Notes under the pieces: model-generated
Told to the model about the DNA's origin: nothing
Databases searched by the model: none
Seen by the model: the letters and a program-made list of their open reading frames with translations, nothing else
Program-made: the position numbers and the translations under genes
Assembly (NCBI GenBank): GCA_964575435.1
Contig: CAZNRK010000001.1
Coordinates: 38,145-102,144, forward strand
Reading direction: 5' to 3'
DNA: 64,000 nucleotides
Origin: an uncultured Bacteroides sp.
Lineage (GTDB): Bacteria; Bacteroidota; Bacteroidia; Bacteroidales; Muribaculaceae
Shown here: one piece after another, positions 18,504 through 29,373 of the stretch
How the letters are laid out: every line of letters starts with the position of its first letter
Position numbering within the stretch: position 1 is the first letter of the stretch

Positions 18504-19949
18504 TTACAAACCTATGCTCGCCAGATCAGTGAAGCCTGACCCTATAGGGGCCGACTGCAACTTTTGGATGAAGTTTTTGATGATTACACGGGTGCCGATT
18601 TCAGCTGTGCGCAGTAGGAACGATTCCCGGGTGCCGGGAGCCTCGGTCTGCAGGTAGTCAGTGCCGATTTTTATAGCCTCTTCAAAAAGCGAGAGCCGAG
18701 CCAGGACCACCATACGCATCAAGCAGCACATGCCCAGGTCTACGTATTCATTGTTCTTGCTTCGGCCTGTCAGATAGCTGTTGATCCAGTCAAAGATGCC
18801 TTCCGGGTTGCCATTTCTGCGCAGGGCATATTCTGCCGGAATGAGAGTCAGGGGGATCTGCCCGGTGTTGTCATAATAGCATTTTGCAGCGGCTGAGGCT
18901 GTGTCTTTGAGTCCGGATTCCCAAAGACGCTCCACCCACGTGCGCCAAAACATCTCTGAATTGTCGATGTTGTTGCGGAAGAAGAGATTGAGCAGTTCGG
19001 GAGTGTCGGCCGGAGTAAAAAGGAGCAAGTCGGGGATAATGTTCAGCACCTCCTGAGGGAAGAGGTTCAGACTCTCGCGACACACCCTTTCGGCCCCAGC
19101 CAGGTCGCCCTTGCCTCGGAGAGCAAAGACATAGAGGCGGTACACATCCGGCATGGCCACTGCCTGATCGTAGCACTGTCCGAGCAGATCGGCAGCCTTT
19201 TCATAATTCTCCTTGTATAGTTCATATCTGCCCTTGACGTAACGCGCCTCCCACATATCGGGATTGATGGCCAAAGCATAATCAATAGCATTGACAAATT
19301 CCTCTTCGTTGCCCAGCTCGATATATTGCTCGGCCAGCATGAGCCAGTTGGAATATCCGAATGGGTCGATATCAGTGAGCTCAACGAGCACCTTGGCAGC
19401 CTCTTCATGATGGTGCATGGTCTCGTAGGCTACGGCGGCTTCATACAGCACAAGAGGCTGATTGGAGCAGCGACGCTTGAGCAGGCCCAGGTTTTTTGTG
19501 AGCCATTCGGCCATGTTGGTCTCTGCCACCAGGCGCAGAAGCTGGATCACCACTTCCTCTTCTTCAAATTTTCCAACCGATCTTACGAAAGCGTCCAATT
19601 CCTTGGCCATATCCGTATCCGGAAGCTCCCGCTTCTGGCGCAGGCGCATCAATTGCCACAACGGCGAATTTTTGTCGCCATTAGCCTCAAGATATTGAGC
19701 GCCGGCAACGGGTGAGAGCTGCCCGTAGAGCAAGCATCTCCGTTGGTTCAGCTCCTCGCTGTCGGGAAAGAACCGCGAAGCCACACTCAGCACCTCCAGG
19801 CGTGTGAGATCGTCCTCGGCATCGCCGGCGGTGTCGAAAATATCGATGAGTTCGTCCTCATCAAAATATCTTTCGGTCAAGGGCTGACTGATGCTGTTGC
19901 GGAAGCGCTCGTATAGCTCTTCGCGTTCTTTATTTTGGTCGTTTTCCAA
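18504..19949 (-). CDS. Tetratricopeptide repeat protein
   Basis: TPR-like helices (DPFGYSNWLMLA, DYALAINP); TTG start just after the glnS stop. Confidence 0.8.
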   Translation of the reverse strand: MENDQNKEREELYERFRNSISQPLTERYFDEDELIDIFDTAGDAEDDLTRLEVLSVASRFFPDSEELNQRRCLLYGQLSPVAGAQYLEANGDKNSPLWQLMRLRQKRELPDTDMAKELDAFVRSVGKFEEEEVVIQLLRLVAETNMAEWLTKNLGLLKRRCSNQPLVLYEAAVAYETMHHHEEAAKVLVELTDIDPFGYSNWLMLAEQYIELGNEEEFVNAIDYALAINPDMWEARYVKGRYELYKENYEKAADLLGQCYDQAVAMPDVYRLYVFALRGKGDLAGAERVCRESLNLFPQEVLNIIPDLLLFTPADTPELLNLFFRNNIDNSEMFWRTWVERLWESGLKDTASAAAKCYYDNTGQIPLTLIPAEYALRRNGNPEGIFDWINSYLTGRSKNNEYVDLGMCCLMRMVVLARLSLFEEAIKIGTDYLQTEAPGTRESFLLRTAEIGTRVIIKNFIQKLQSAPIGSGFTDLASIGL

Positions 19950-19954
19950 AGAGA

Positions 19955-21640
19955 TTACTTATTGATTTTCTCCCAGCTGTCTTTCAGACCGATAGTGCGG
20001 TTGAAGACCAAATGGTCGGGAGTAGAGTCATAATCAGGGGTGAAGTATCCGATGCGTTGGAATTGCAGTTTAGCTCCGGGCGTGGCAATCTGGGCTGCAT
20101 AAGGCTCGATTTTGATGTTTTTCACCACTTTGAGAGAGTCGGGATTGAGCATTTCGCGGAAGTCGCGGTCAGGTTCGGCTGCAGGATTCTCAACGCTGAA
20201 GAGGCGGTCGTACATCCTTGCCTCGGCATCCACGGCATCAGAGGCCGACACCCAGTGGAGCGTGCCTTTGACCTTTCGAGCTGCCCCGGGCATGCCGCTA
20301 AGGGTCTCGGGGTCGAAGGTGCACCGCAGCTCTGTGATGTTGCCGTCGGCGTCCTTCACCACTTCCTCACATTTTATTATATATGCACCTTTGAGGCGCA
20401 CCTCCCCGCCGGGGGCAAGGCGGAAAAATTTCTTGGGAGGATTCTCCATGAAGTCGTCACGTTCGATGTAGATCTCACGCGTAAACGGCATTTTGTGAGT
20501 GCCGGCGTTGGGGTCCTCGGGATTGTTTTCCATCTCCACCATTTCGGTTTTGCCTTCGGGGTAATTGGTAATGACGAGTTTCACGGGGTTGATCACAGCC
20601 ATCACACGGGTGGCGATGCGGTTGAGGTCGTCGCGCACGGCGTGCTCAAGGAGCGACACTGAGTTGAGGGCTTCATATTTGGTGTAGCCGATTGTGTCGA
20701 TGAAGTTGCGGATTGATTCAGGAGTGTAGCCGCGACGACGCATACCGGAGATGGTGGGCATGCGTGGGTCGTCCCAACCTGCTACCAGGCCTTCCTTTAC
20801 CAGTTGCAGCAGTTTGCGCTTGCTCATCACAGTGTACGTGAGGTTCAGACGATTGAATTCTATCTGACGCGGGCAGTAGCTCTCATCGGCAAGCTCAGCC
20901 ACGAAATGCTCGTAGAGCGGGCGGTGAGGCACAAATTCCAGAGTGCAGATCGAGTGGGTCACACCCTCAAAATAATCGCTCTGGCCGTGGGCAAAGTCAT
21001 ACATGGGATACACCTTCCACGTTGTGCCGGTGCGGTGATGAGGGGTCTTGATGATGCGGTACATGATGGGATCGCGGAAGTGCATATTCGACGATGTCAT
21101 GTCGATTTTTGCACGCAGCACACGTGAGCCTTCCTCAAATTCTCCTGCGTTCATGCGCATGAAGAGATCAAGATTTTCCTCAACCGAACGGTTGCGATAC
21201 GGGCTTTCCTGTCCGGGAGTGGTGGGCGTGCCTTTCTGTGCGGCGATTTCTTCTGAAGATTGATCATCGACGTAGGCCTTGCCTTCTTTGATCATGCGCA
21301 CGGCAAGGTCGAAAAGTTGGGGGAAATAGTCTGAGGCGTAATATTCTCTATCGCCCCAGTCAAAGCCGAGCCAGTGGATGTCTTCGCGGATTGAGTCGAC
21401 ATATTCCACGTCTTCCTTCACGGGGTTGGTGTCGTCAAAGCGCAGGTTGCACGTGCCGCCAAACCGGGCTGCTACGCCAAAGTCCATGCATATGGCTTTT
21501 GCATGGCCGATGTGGAGGTAACCGTTGGGTTCGGGTGGAAAGCGAGTGTTGAGGCGTCCGCCATTTTTTCCCTCTTTAAGGTCGTTGTATACGATTTCTT
21601 CAACGAAATTCATGCTTTTCTTCTCTTCCGGAGATTCCAT
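19955..21640 (-). CDS. glnS: Glutamine--tRNA ligase
   Basis: RFPPEPNGYLHIGH and MSKR motifs; start moved to MESPEEKK. Confidence 0.97.
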   Translation of the reverse strand: MESPEEKKSMNFVEEIVYNDLKEGKNGGRLNTRFPPEPNGYLHIGHAKAICMDFGVAARFGGTCNLRFDDTNPVKEDVEYVDSIREDIHWLGFDWGDREYYASDYFPQLFDLAVRMIKEGKAYVDDQSSEEIAAQKGTPTTPGQESPYRNRSVEENLDLFMRMNAGEFEEGSRVLRAKIDMTSSNMHFRDPIMYRIIKTPHHRTGTTWKVYPMYDFAHGQSDYFEGVTHSICTLEFVPHRPLYEHFVAELADESYCPRQIEFNRLNLTYTVMSKRKLLQLVKEGLVAGWDDPRMPTISGMRRRGYTPESIRNFIDTIGYTKYEALNSVSLLEHAVRDDLNRIATRVMAVINPVKLVITNYPEGKTEMVEMENNPEDPNAGTHKMPFTREIYIERDDFMENPPKKFFRLAPGGEVRLKGAYIIKCEEVVKDADGNITELRCTFDPETLSGMPGAARKVKGTLHWVSASDAVDAEARMYDRLFSVENPAAEPDRDFREMLNPDSLKVVKNIKIEPYAAQIATPGAKLQFQRIGYFTPDYDSTPDHLVFNRTIGLKDSWEKINK

Positions 21641-21687
21641 ATTGTATTGGGTGTTAGTTAGATACGTGAATGTTGGGGTGGGGGAGC

Positions 21688-22878
21688 TCAACGTTTTGTG
21701 CCTTTTGCGCCTTTGGTGCCTCCTCCCATTGAAAAGATGTTTTGGTCAAACGACAGGGTCTTGCTCTCTGCCTCGCGCGAGCGCTTTAAGGCTATGGCCA
21801 CCAGTTGCTCCATGAGCTTGCCGAAGGTCAGGCCTGAGGCCTCCCAAAGATAGAACGAGAGCGATCCGGGGATGGTGTTGATTTCATTTACGTAGATTTC
21901 CCGGGAGTCGCGGTCCACGATCACGTCCACACGGCTCACTCCGCTGCACGAGAGCACGCGGAAAGTGTCGCCTGCCAGCTGTTTGATCTTCCGGGTTTCG
22001 GCCTCGGGCAGGTCGGCGGGCACTTTTCGGCTGCTGCTCTCCATGCTGCCTTTGGCGCCCTTTGAGCCGGAGCCGCCACAATATTTATCAGTGTAGCTGA
22101 GGATTTCGCCTGATTTCACAGGCTCTTCCAGCACGGATGTGCGATAATTATCGGGCTCGCCAAGCACCGAGCAGTTGATCTCTTGCAGGTGCTCGACCAT
22201 GTGCTCTATGATAATGCGGGAGCTGTAACGAGCGGCATCAGTGACTGCTGTCTCGAGCGAAGCAGCATCGTGCGCTGCAGAAATGCCCACGCTCGAGCCC
22301 AGGTCAGCCGGCTTTACGATGACAGGGAATCCCAGTTTTTTCTCCACCTTATCAATGATTGCCTTTTTGTCTGAGAAAAATTCGCGGTCAGTGCACCATA
22401 TGTAGGGCACGACAGGTATGTCGTTGGCCTGCAGAATCTGCTTCATCGTGATTTTATCCATACCATTAGCCGATGCAAGCACTCCGCATCCGGCGTATGG
22501 GATTCCGATGGTGTCAAACACGCCTTGCAGCGAGCCGTCCTCGCCACCATGGCCGTGCATCACGGGGATGATTACATCGAGAGTCGTCTCTTTGTCAGAG
22601 CCGAAGAGAGGCTTCTTGGTGCGGTAAAGATTGAAGTCGCCGCGGCATGGACGCATGTACACTTGCGTGCACTTCTCAAGCAGAGCAGGGATGTTGCGAT
22701 AGTTGGCCGTGTCAAGCAAAGCCTCTCCGGTGTACCATTTTCCGTCCTTTGTGACATAGACGGGTGTTACCTCAAACCTGTCGCGGTCGATGGCCGCCAT
22801 GGCCTGCGAGGCAGAGATTACCGAGATTTCATGCTCGGTGGAGCGTCCGCCAAAAAATACTCCTATATTGGTTTTCAT
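21688..22878 (-). CDS. ddl: D-alanine--D-alanine ligase
   Basis: FGGRSTEHEIS, HG..GEDG, VKPADLGSSVG, RVD, NEINTIPG. Confidence 0.93.
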   Translation of the reverse strand: MKTNIGVFFGGRSTEHEISVISASQAMAAIDRDRFEVTPVYVTKDGKWYTGEALLDTANYRNIPALLEKCTQVYMRPCRGDFNLYRTKKPLFGSDKETTLDVIIPVMHGHGGEDGSLQGVFDTIGIPYAGCGVLASANGMDKITMKQILQANDIPVVPYIWCTDREFFSDKKAIIDKVEKKLGFPVIVKPADLGSSVGISAAHDAASLETAVTDAARYSSRIIIEHMVEHLQEINCSVLGEPDNYRTSVLEEPVKSGEILSYTDKYCGGSGSKGAKGSMESSSRKVPADLPEAETRKIKQLAGDTFRVLSCSGVSRVDVIVDRDSREIYVNEINTIPGSLSFYLWEASGLTFGKLMEQLVAIALKRSREAESKTLSFDQNIFSMGGGTKGAKGTKR

Positions 22879-22932
22879 TGCGAAATGGATTTTTTATATG
22901 GTGAGAAGTCGCCCCGGGGTGGGGCGTCTGTA

Positions 22933-24534
22933 TTATTTAAATGTGTCAGGGAGGTCGTTTTCGTAAAGGATAGTGTCGCCGGGGCGCATGATGCTGTTGA
23001 GGTAATGCTGCCCTTCGGCAAAAGTGTCCACAATTTTTATCTGCGGATCGCCTTCGCCCTCTGAGATGCCGGCGAGAATGGCTTCGCGGTTGTATTGACC
23101 GACCACAACGGCAATGTCGACCGCTCCGGCAATCTTGCTGCCAAATTCGCGATTGAGCCTTTCCTGGTCTGCACCGAGTTCAATCATACCGGGGGTGATG
23201 ACGATGCGGCGCCCTTGCTTCATGTGTGAAAGCACCTCAAGAGCCATGGCCGAGCCCACAGGATTGCTGTTGTAGGCATCATCAAGGATGGTCACGCCTC
23301 CGGGGGTGTGCTTTATGCTCAGGCGATGCTCCACAGGTTCGATTCTCTCCACAGCGTATCTGATCTGGCTATCGGTCATGCCCATTTCCAGAGCTATGAT
23401 TATGGCAGCGGCCAAGTCTGAGATGTTGGCGCTGCCCAGCAGGCGGGTGTGAAGTTCGATTACTTTTTCACCGCCACGGCTGAGGGCGAACGATGTTCCG
23501 CGAGGGGTGTACGCAATGTCGGTGACGTGATAGTCGGCCGGGTCGTGGTTGTCCAATGCGTAGCGCACCGAGCGACAGTTGCCCACCTCTCTTGTGGCTA
23601 TCATCGGGAAGTCATTGTTAAGAACGATAAGTCCGGACGATAGGAGGGAATCGGCGAGCTCAAACTTTGTGTCGCGCACGTTCTCAAGGGTTTTGAACGA
23701 CTCCAGGTGTTGCGGCCCCACTGCAGTGATGATGCCCATCTGCGGGTGCACAAGATCGCAGATGTCTTTGATGTCGTCCTTCTGTTTGGCGCCCATCTCC
23801 ACGATAAAAACCTCGGTGTAGGGCTTCAGATGCTCTCTTACGGTGCGGATCACCCCAAGCGTGGTGTTGAAGTTGCCGGGAGTCATCGTAGTTTGAAATT
23901 GCTCAGAGAGAATAGCGTAGAGAAAGTGCTTGGTGCTTGTCTTGCCATAGCTGCCGGTGATGCCGATTATTTTCAAGTCAGGCATTGAGGATAAAATGGC
24001 TTCTGCCTCGCGGCGATATTTGCGATCAATGCTCCGTTGCACCGGAATAAGAATCCAGTTTGCAACGATAATGAATACGTAGCTTACTGCGCAACAAGCC
24101 GTAAGTCCATAGCAGAAACCTCCAAGGCCGGTGCGTATACCGTTAAAGCCTACGAAAAACAACACCACCGGTAAAATCAAGGCCAAAACACATGCTACAG
24201 CGAAGATGCGACAAGCGCGCGGGGTGAAGACCAAGGGTTTTTTATAGGTCCTCCGCCAAAGGGAAATGCTTACCGATACCCCGTATACAGCCATCGCCCC
24301 CACAAGGAGGAGCGGTGAGACGAAGCTGCTGAGACCGAAAAGCACAATCATGATAGCGGCAAGCCGGGGCACCGTGGTGCTCTCTCCCGACTGCGACATC
24401 CAGGCGCGGAATCGGTCGTAGCGATACGAATTCTGCTGCATCATCATCAGATCGCGCAAGAGCATGAGCACAATGGAGGTGCCGCAGCCCAGGAGGGCGA
24501 TAAGAAGGAACAAATCTGCAAGGATTTTAATCAT
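22933..24534 (-). CDS. murF: MurF-family ligase with N-terminal membrane domain
   Basis: GITGSYGKTSTK, VEMGA, DDAYNSNP, PGMIELG; ~165-aa hydrophobic N-terminus. Confidence 0.85.
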   Translation of the reverse strand: MIKILADLFLLIALLGCGTSIVLMLLRDLMMMQQNSYRYDRFRAWMSQSGESTTVPRLAAIMIVLFGLSSFVSPLLLVGAMAVYGVSVSISLWRRTYKKPLVFTPRACRIFAVACVLALILPVVLFFVGFNGIRTGLGGFCYGLTACCAVSYVFIIVANWILIPVQRSIDRKYRREAEAILSSMPDLKIIGITGSYGKTSTKHFLYAILSEQFQTTMTPGNFNTTLGVIRTVREHLKPYTEVFIVEMGAKQKDDIKDICDLVHPQMGIITAVGPQHLESFKTLENVRDTKFELADSLLSSGLIVLNNDFPMIATREVGNCRSVRYALDNHDPADYHVTDIAYTPRGTSFALSRGGEKVIELHTRLLGSANISDLAAAIIIALEMGMTDSQIRYAVERIEPVEHRLSIKHTPGGVTILDDAYNSNPVGSAMALEVLSHMKQGRRIVITPGMIELGADQERLNREFGSKIAGAVDIAVVVGQYNREAILAGISEGEGDPQIKIVDTFAEGQHYLNSIMRPGDTILYENDLPDTFK

Positions 24535-24648
24535 AAATATCAGTTGAAGGGAACTTGCCGGTTCCTCTGAATTTCTAAATTTAGTGGCAAATGTCTATAT
24601 TTTCGGCAAAGGTACAAAATAATTCAAAAAAATGAGTAACTTTGTGCT

Positions 24649-25410
24649 ATGAATTTTACATCTGCATCCCTTTCGCCTCAACAATTTTCCGCTTCCGACC
24701 GTAAGCTCTTCTCATCGCTTGCCACCGCAAAGGGCCGGAAAGAGTCGGGCTTATTCATGGCTCAAGGCACGAAATGTGTGGCTGACACCATCGAGCATTT
24801 TCCCCTTTATGCTCTTCTGGCCACTGCTTCATGGACTGAATCTCACCATCCCTCTGTGCCGGTAACTATCGTGAAAGCTAAAGACTTAGAGCGCATCTCC
24901 ACCCTCACCAATCCTCCGGAAGTCATTGCGATTTACAGCATCCCGGAGCCAACTGAGCCGGATCTTTCAGGCCTCATCCTGGCTTTAGATTGCGTGCAAG
25001 ACCCGGGAAATCTGGGCACGATAATGCGCGTGGCCGACTGGATGGGCGTCAACACGATTTTGGCCTCGCCCGACACGGCAGATTGCTTCGCGCCGAAGGT
25101 GGTGCAGGCCTCTATGGGGGCGATTTCGCGAGTGAAGGTGCATTATTGCTCCTTGCCCGAGGTGCTGGCCGGTCAGGAAAATGTCTACGGAACATTCCTT
25201 GACGGCGATGATATCTACAAATCCGCGCTTTCCACCTCCGGAATTATCGTGATGGGAAACGAAGGCAAAGGCATCAGCGCGGAGGTGGCTGCAACGGTGA
25301 CTCGTCGGCTCCGCATCCCCTCGTTTCCTCCGGGACGCCCCACTTCCGAATCGCTCAATGTGGCTATCGCCACCGCCATCACCCTTGCCGAGTTCCGCCG
25401 TAGAGATTAA
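24649..25410 (+). CDS. TrmH/SpoU family RNA methyltransferase
   Basis: QDPGNLGTI, MGNEGKG, SLNVA. Confidence 0.95.
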   Translation: MNFTSASLSPQQFSASDRKLFSSLATAKGRKESGLFMAQGTKCVADTIEHFPLYALLATASWTESHHPSVPVTIVKAKDLERISTLTNPPEVIAIYSIPEPTEPDLSGLILALDCVQDPGNLGTIMRVADWMGVNTILASPDTADCFAPKVVQASMGAISRVKVHYCSLPEVLAGQENVYGTFLDGDDIYKSALSTSGIIVMGNEGKGISAEVAATVTRRLRIPSFPPGRPTSESLNVAIATAITLAEFRRRD

Positions 25411-26774
25411 CCAAAAAGTTCGCGCAGAGCTTCTTCCACTTTTGCCACCTCGACGATTCGAAGGCCGAATTGCGAAGCCTCGGCGCCTTTGAGGTTGCCG
25501 CGCGGAATCAGAATCGTCTCCATGCCCAATTTGGCAGCCTCGGAGATGCGCTGCTCAATGCGGCTTACGGGACGTATTTCACCTGAAAGCCCAACCTCGC
25601 CGGTAAAGCATGTGCGCAACCCCACTGGCACATCAAAATTCGACGACAGGATGGCCGTGATCACGGCCAGGTCAAGAGCCGGATCGTTGACTTTGAGTCC
25701 GCCGGCAATGTTGAGAAATACATCTTTCGAGGCGAGTTTGAATCCTGCACGCTTCTCCAGCACAGCCAGTAGCATGTTCATGCGGCGAGGGTCAAATCCG
25801 GTCACGGCACGTTGCGGAGTGCCATATGCGGCCGAGCTCACAAGTGCCTGGGTCTCAATCATGAGCGGGCGATTGCCTTCAATCGTTACTCCAATTGTAA
25901 TTCCGGAAAGATGCTCTGAATCGCTAACATGGGTCATGAGCATTTCAGATGGATTTGTCACCTCGCGCAGCCCCTGGCGTTGCATCTCATAGATGCCGAG
26001 CTCAGAGGTGCTTCCAAAGCGATTTTTGATAGGACGGAGGATGCGATACAGGCCCTGGCGGTCGCCCTCGAAACGCAGCACGGCATCTACGATGTGCTCC
26101 AGCACTTTCGGACCGGCCAATGACCCCTCTTTCGTGATATGTCCGATCAGCACAACCGGCACTCCGGTTCGCTTGGCATACTGCTGAAATCTTGAGGCGC
26201 ACTCGCGAACCTGACCCACCGAACCCGCCGCCGACTCCAATTCCTCCGACACAACAGTCTGGATAGAGTCAATGACCACGATTCCGGGAGTCATCTGCTC
26301 CAGTCGCTCAAACACGGCCTCAAGCGATGTCTCGCTCAGTATAAAGCAATTTTTTGACCCGCGCCCAATGCGGTCGGCTCGCATTTTTATCTGCGTTGAG
26401 CTTTCCTCGCCCGAGACGTAAAGAATAGTCTTTGACTTGATGGCCAGGAGATTCTGAAGCACCAGGGTTGACTTGCCGATGCCGGGCTCGCCACCCAAAA
26501 GGATGATGGATCCTTGCACCAAGCCCCCGCCCAACACGCGGTTGAGCTCGCCCGAGGGCATCTTTATGCGATGCTCATCCGTGGCATGGATATCGTCAAT
26601 GGCCACGGGCTGCGCTCCTGAGGCCGGTCTTCCGGCCGCCCGAGCGGTTGAGGCCTTCGGAGCCACTTTCTCTTCAACCATTGTGTTCCATTCTCCGCAG
26701 GCCGGGCAGCGACCTTCCCAGCGCAGAGATTCGTTACCACAAGAGGAGCAAACCCATACAGTTTTTGATTTCAT
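25407..26774 (-). CDS. radA: DNA repair protein RadA/Sms
   Basis: N-terminal C4 zinc finger, GGEPGIGKST, KNRFG, Lon-like C-terminus. Confidence 0.98.
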   Translation of the reverse strand: MKSKTVWVCSSCGNESLRWEGRCPACGEWNTMVEEKVAPKASTARAAGRPASGAQPVAIDDIHATDEHRIKMPSGELNRVLGGGLVQGSIILLGGEPGIGKSTLVLQNLLAIKSKTILYVSGEESSTQIKMRADRIGRGSKNCFILSETSLEAVFERLEQMTPGIVVIDSIQTVVSEELESAAGSVGQVRECASRFQQYAKRTGVPVVLIGHITKEGSLAGPKVLEHIVDAVLRFEGDRQGLYRILRPIKNRFGSTSELGIYEMQRQGLREVTNPSEMLMTHVSDSEHLSGITIGVTIEGNRPLMIETQALVSSAAYGTPQRAVTGFDPRRMNMLLAVLEKRAGFKLASKDVFLNIAGGLKVNDPALDLAVITAILSSNFDVPVGLRTCFTGEVGLSGEIRPVSRIEQRISEAAKLGMETILIPRGNLKGAEASQFGLRIVEVAKVEEALRELFG

Positions 26775-26805
26775 ATTATTTGAGCCTAAGTCGTATTATT
26801 GTGGG

Positions 26806-29292
26806 TTAAGAGGGGTCGACATCAAATTGAACGATCAGCGACGAAAATTTCGGGAGCGTTTGCAGCGCTGCGTGTTCGGCCCGGAGCAAGTCTTTGACTT
26901 TAGTCATCGATGCCGTGTGCTCTACGCGGAGCATTAAATGGCGGATGTAGAGAGAATTGACCCGGGCCACGGCAGGCGTGGAGGGTCCGCTCACCCGAGT
27001 GCCGAAAAGCACACGAAGTCTTTCTGTATAGGCGGCCGTGAGAGCCTCAAGAGCCTTCTCGTCGCGGTGTTTGAAAGTGATGACAATCACACGCGTGAAG
27101 GGAGGATAGAGATAGGCCTGCCGCTCCTGCAGTTCGTGCTGATAATACGATAGATAATCGTGGTTAATGACAAATTTGAAAAGTGGGTGGTCGGGCGTGC
27201 GGGTTTGAATCAGCACTTTCCCCGGCGACTCTGCGGTGCGCCCGGCTCTGCCTGACACCTGCGACAACATGTTAAATGCTCGCTCGCCACTGCGGAAATC
27301 CGGAAAATTGATGATTCGGTCGGCATCGAGCACCGCCACAGTGTCCACCTTGGTGAAATTCAGTCCTTTGGTCACCATCTGAGTGCCCACAAGGATATCT
27401 GCACCGCCGGAAGAGAAGGTGGAAATGATTTTGTCGTAGCCCGTGCGCGAGCGGGTGGTGTCGAGGTCCATGCGCAAGGTTTTGGCTTCGGGGAATATGC
27501 GCTCCACCTCGTCCTCGACGCGCTCGGTGCCGTAGCCCACAACGCGCATGGCCGGCTCTTTGCAGTTGGGGCAGACCTGCGGCATCGGGTAGCGCGATCC
27601 GCAATAATGGCAAACCAAGGCATTTTCGGAGCGGTGCCACGTGAGGGATACATCACAATAAAGGCACTTGGGCACATACTCGCACTTGCTGCACCTGGCA
27701 ATTGGCGAGAAGCCCCTGCGATTGTTGAAGATTATGGCCTGACGCCCCTCCCTCACGGAATTGCGCACGCGCTTTACAGTGGTAAAGGCGAGAACTCCGT
27801 CGGTTTCTTTTTTCTTCGAAGCAAGAGCCATGTCAACGAGCTCGATTTCCGGCAGACGTGCCCCTCCGAAACGCTCCGAAAGAGTGACGAGGCCATACTT
27901 CCCCGTCTGCGCTTTATAATATGTGTCTATGGCCGGGGTGGCGCTGCCCAAGAGGGTGCACGCCCCATGCATCGAAGCGAGCATGATGGCTGCATCGCGG
28001 CCGTTATATCGAGGAGCGGGGTCGGATTGCTTATAAGAAGGTTCATGCTCCTCGTCGACAATCACCAATCCCAACCTCGAGAAGGGCAGGAACACCGACG
28101 ACCGGGCTCCAATCACCACGTAAGGCTCCGACGAGGAAAGAACCTTGCGCCAGATGTCCACACGCTCGTTGTCGGTGAATTTTGAGTGATAGATGATGAC
28201 TTTGTCGCCGAAAACACGCTGCAGGCGCGATGTGAGCTGCGTGGTCAGCGCAATTTCCGGCACGAGGAAAAGGGCTTGTCGCCCCCGGCCCAGCACAAAG
28301 TCGATGAGGTGCATGTATAGTTCTGTCTTGCCTGACCCGGTCACACCGTGGAGCAGTGTCACCGGTTTATCTTTCCAACTCAGATGCACCTCCTTAAGTG
28401 CCCGCGCTTGCGCCTCAGAAAGTGAGGGCAGGGGAGCAGTGGTGAGGCCTAAGGGAGAGAACCGCGAGACAACGCGTGTGGATGTCTCTACCAACCCCTT
28501 GTCGCGCAAGGCTTTAAGTGTGGCGGATGTGGCTCCGCTCTTATCCAGGAGGTCGGATTGCTGCACTTCTTTAACGTCGCAGCCCCGGAGGGTGAATTGC
28601 GACATATGCAGCAGGGTTTGCAGCATGGTCTCTTGTCGCTTAGCGCCTTTTACTGCAGCAAACGCCCGGCGCAGCGCATCGTCGTCGTATCGGGCAAATG
28701 CCGGAGCCACAAGTTTAAGGGTCTTGGGTCGGTATGATTCGTTCAGACTTTCGCTCACCATCACGGCTCCAAGACTCAGAAGGCGGTGGAGGGTGGGGGT
28801 GATGTTGGCCTCGCCGGTGAGCTTGGCGATTTGGGCTGAGGTGAGTTTCCCTTTGCTTTGAAGCAGAGCCACCAGGCGGCTCTGGCGCTCGGTCAGGGGT
28901 GTCTCGGGGTCGAAATCCGGATTAAATTCAAACTTCGTCTCGCTCTCGATCTTCAAGCCCGAGGGGACGGCAGCCTTATACACCTCTCCGGCCGAACAAA
29001 GGTAGTATTGCGCAATCCATTCCCAAAGTTGCAGCTGGGTACGATTCACGATGGGCGCGGAGTCCAGTACGCTGATTATATCTTTCACCTCCATGCCTTG
29101 AGGCTCCAGGGTGAAGGCGCGGACCACTCCGGTATAGAATCTTCGCGAGCCAAAGGGCACAATCACCCTCACTCCCGGCTTCACCTCCGCTGCCATTTCC
29201 GGCGGGATGCGGTAAGTGAAGGGGCCTTCCAGGGGTAGGGGCACGATTACCTCTACGTAGTTGCTTTGAAGGATGTTGGAGTCGGCTGCCAT
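26806..29292 (-). CDS. priA: Primosomal protein N'
   Basis: GVTGSGKT, DEEH, 8-Cys zinc region, QVSGRAGR. Confidence 0.98.
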   Translation of the reverse strand: MAADSNILQSNYVEVIVPLPLEGPFTYRIPPEMAAEVKPGVRVIVPFGSRRFYTGVVRAFTLEPQGMEVKDIISVLDSAPIVNRTQLQLWEWIAQYYLCSAGEVYKAAVPSGLKIESETKFEFNPDFDPETPLTERQSRLVALLQSKGKLTSAQIAKLTGEANITPTLHRLLSLGAVMVSESLNESYRPKTLKLVAPAFARYDDDALRRAFAAVKGAKRQETMLQTLLHMSQFTLRGCDVKEVQQSDLLDKSGATSATLKALRDKGLVETSTRVVSRFSPLGLTTAPLPSLSEAQARALKEVHLSWKDKPVTLLHGVTGSGKTELYMHLIDFVLGRGRQALFLVPEIALTTQLTSRLQRVFGDKVIIYHSKFTDNERVDIWRKVLSSSEPYVVIGARSSVFLPFSRLGLVIVDEEHEPSYKQSDPAPRYNGRDAAIMLASMHGACTLLGSATPAIDTYYKAQTGKYGLVTLSERFGGARLPEIELVDMALASKKKETDGVLAFTTVKRVRNSVREGRQAIIFNNRRGFSPIARCSKCEYVPKCLYCDVSLTWHRSENALVCHYCGSRYPMPQVCPNCKEPAMRVVGYGTERVEDEVERIFPEAKTLRMDLDTTRSRTGYDKIISTFSSGGADILVGTQMVTKGLNFTKVDTVAVLDADRIINFPDFRSGERAFNMLSQVSGRAGRTAESPGKVLIQTRTPDHPLFKFVINHDYLSYYQHELQERQAYLYPPFTRVIVITFKHRDEKALEALTAAYTERLRVLFGTRVSGPSTPAVARVNSLYIRHLMLRVEHTASMTKVKDLLRAEHAALQTLPKFSSLIVQFDVDPS

Positions 29293-29373
29293 ATTCTGCT
29301 ACAAAGTTACGCAAAAAATATGAATCAGCCTAAAGCGAAAAATAAATTTCTCCGAAACCCGGGGGGAAGGCCG

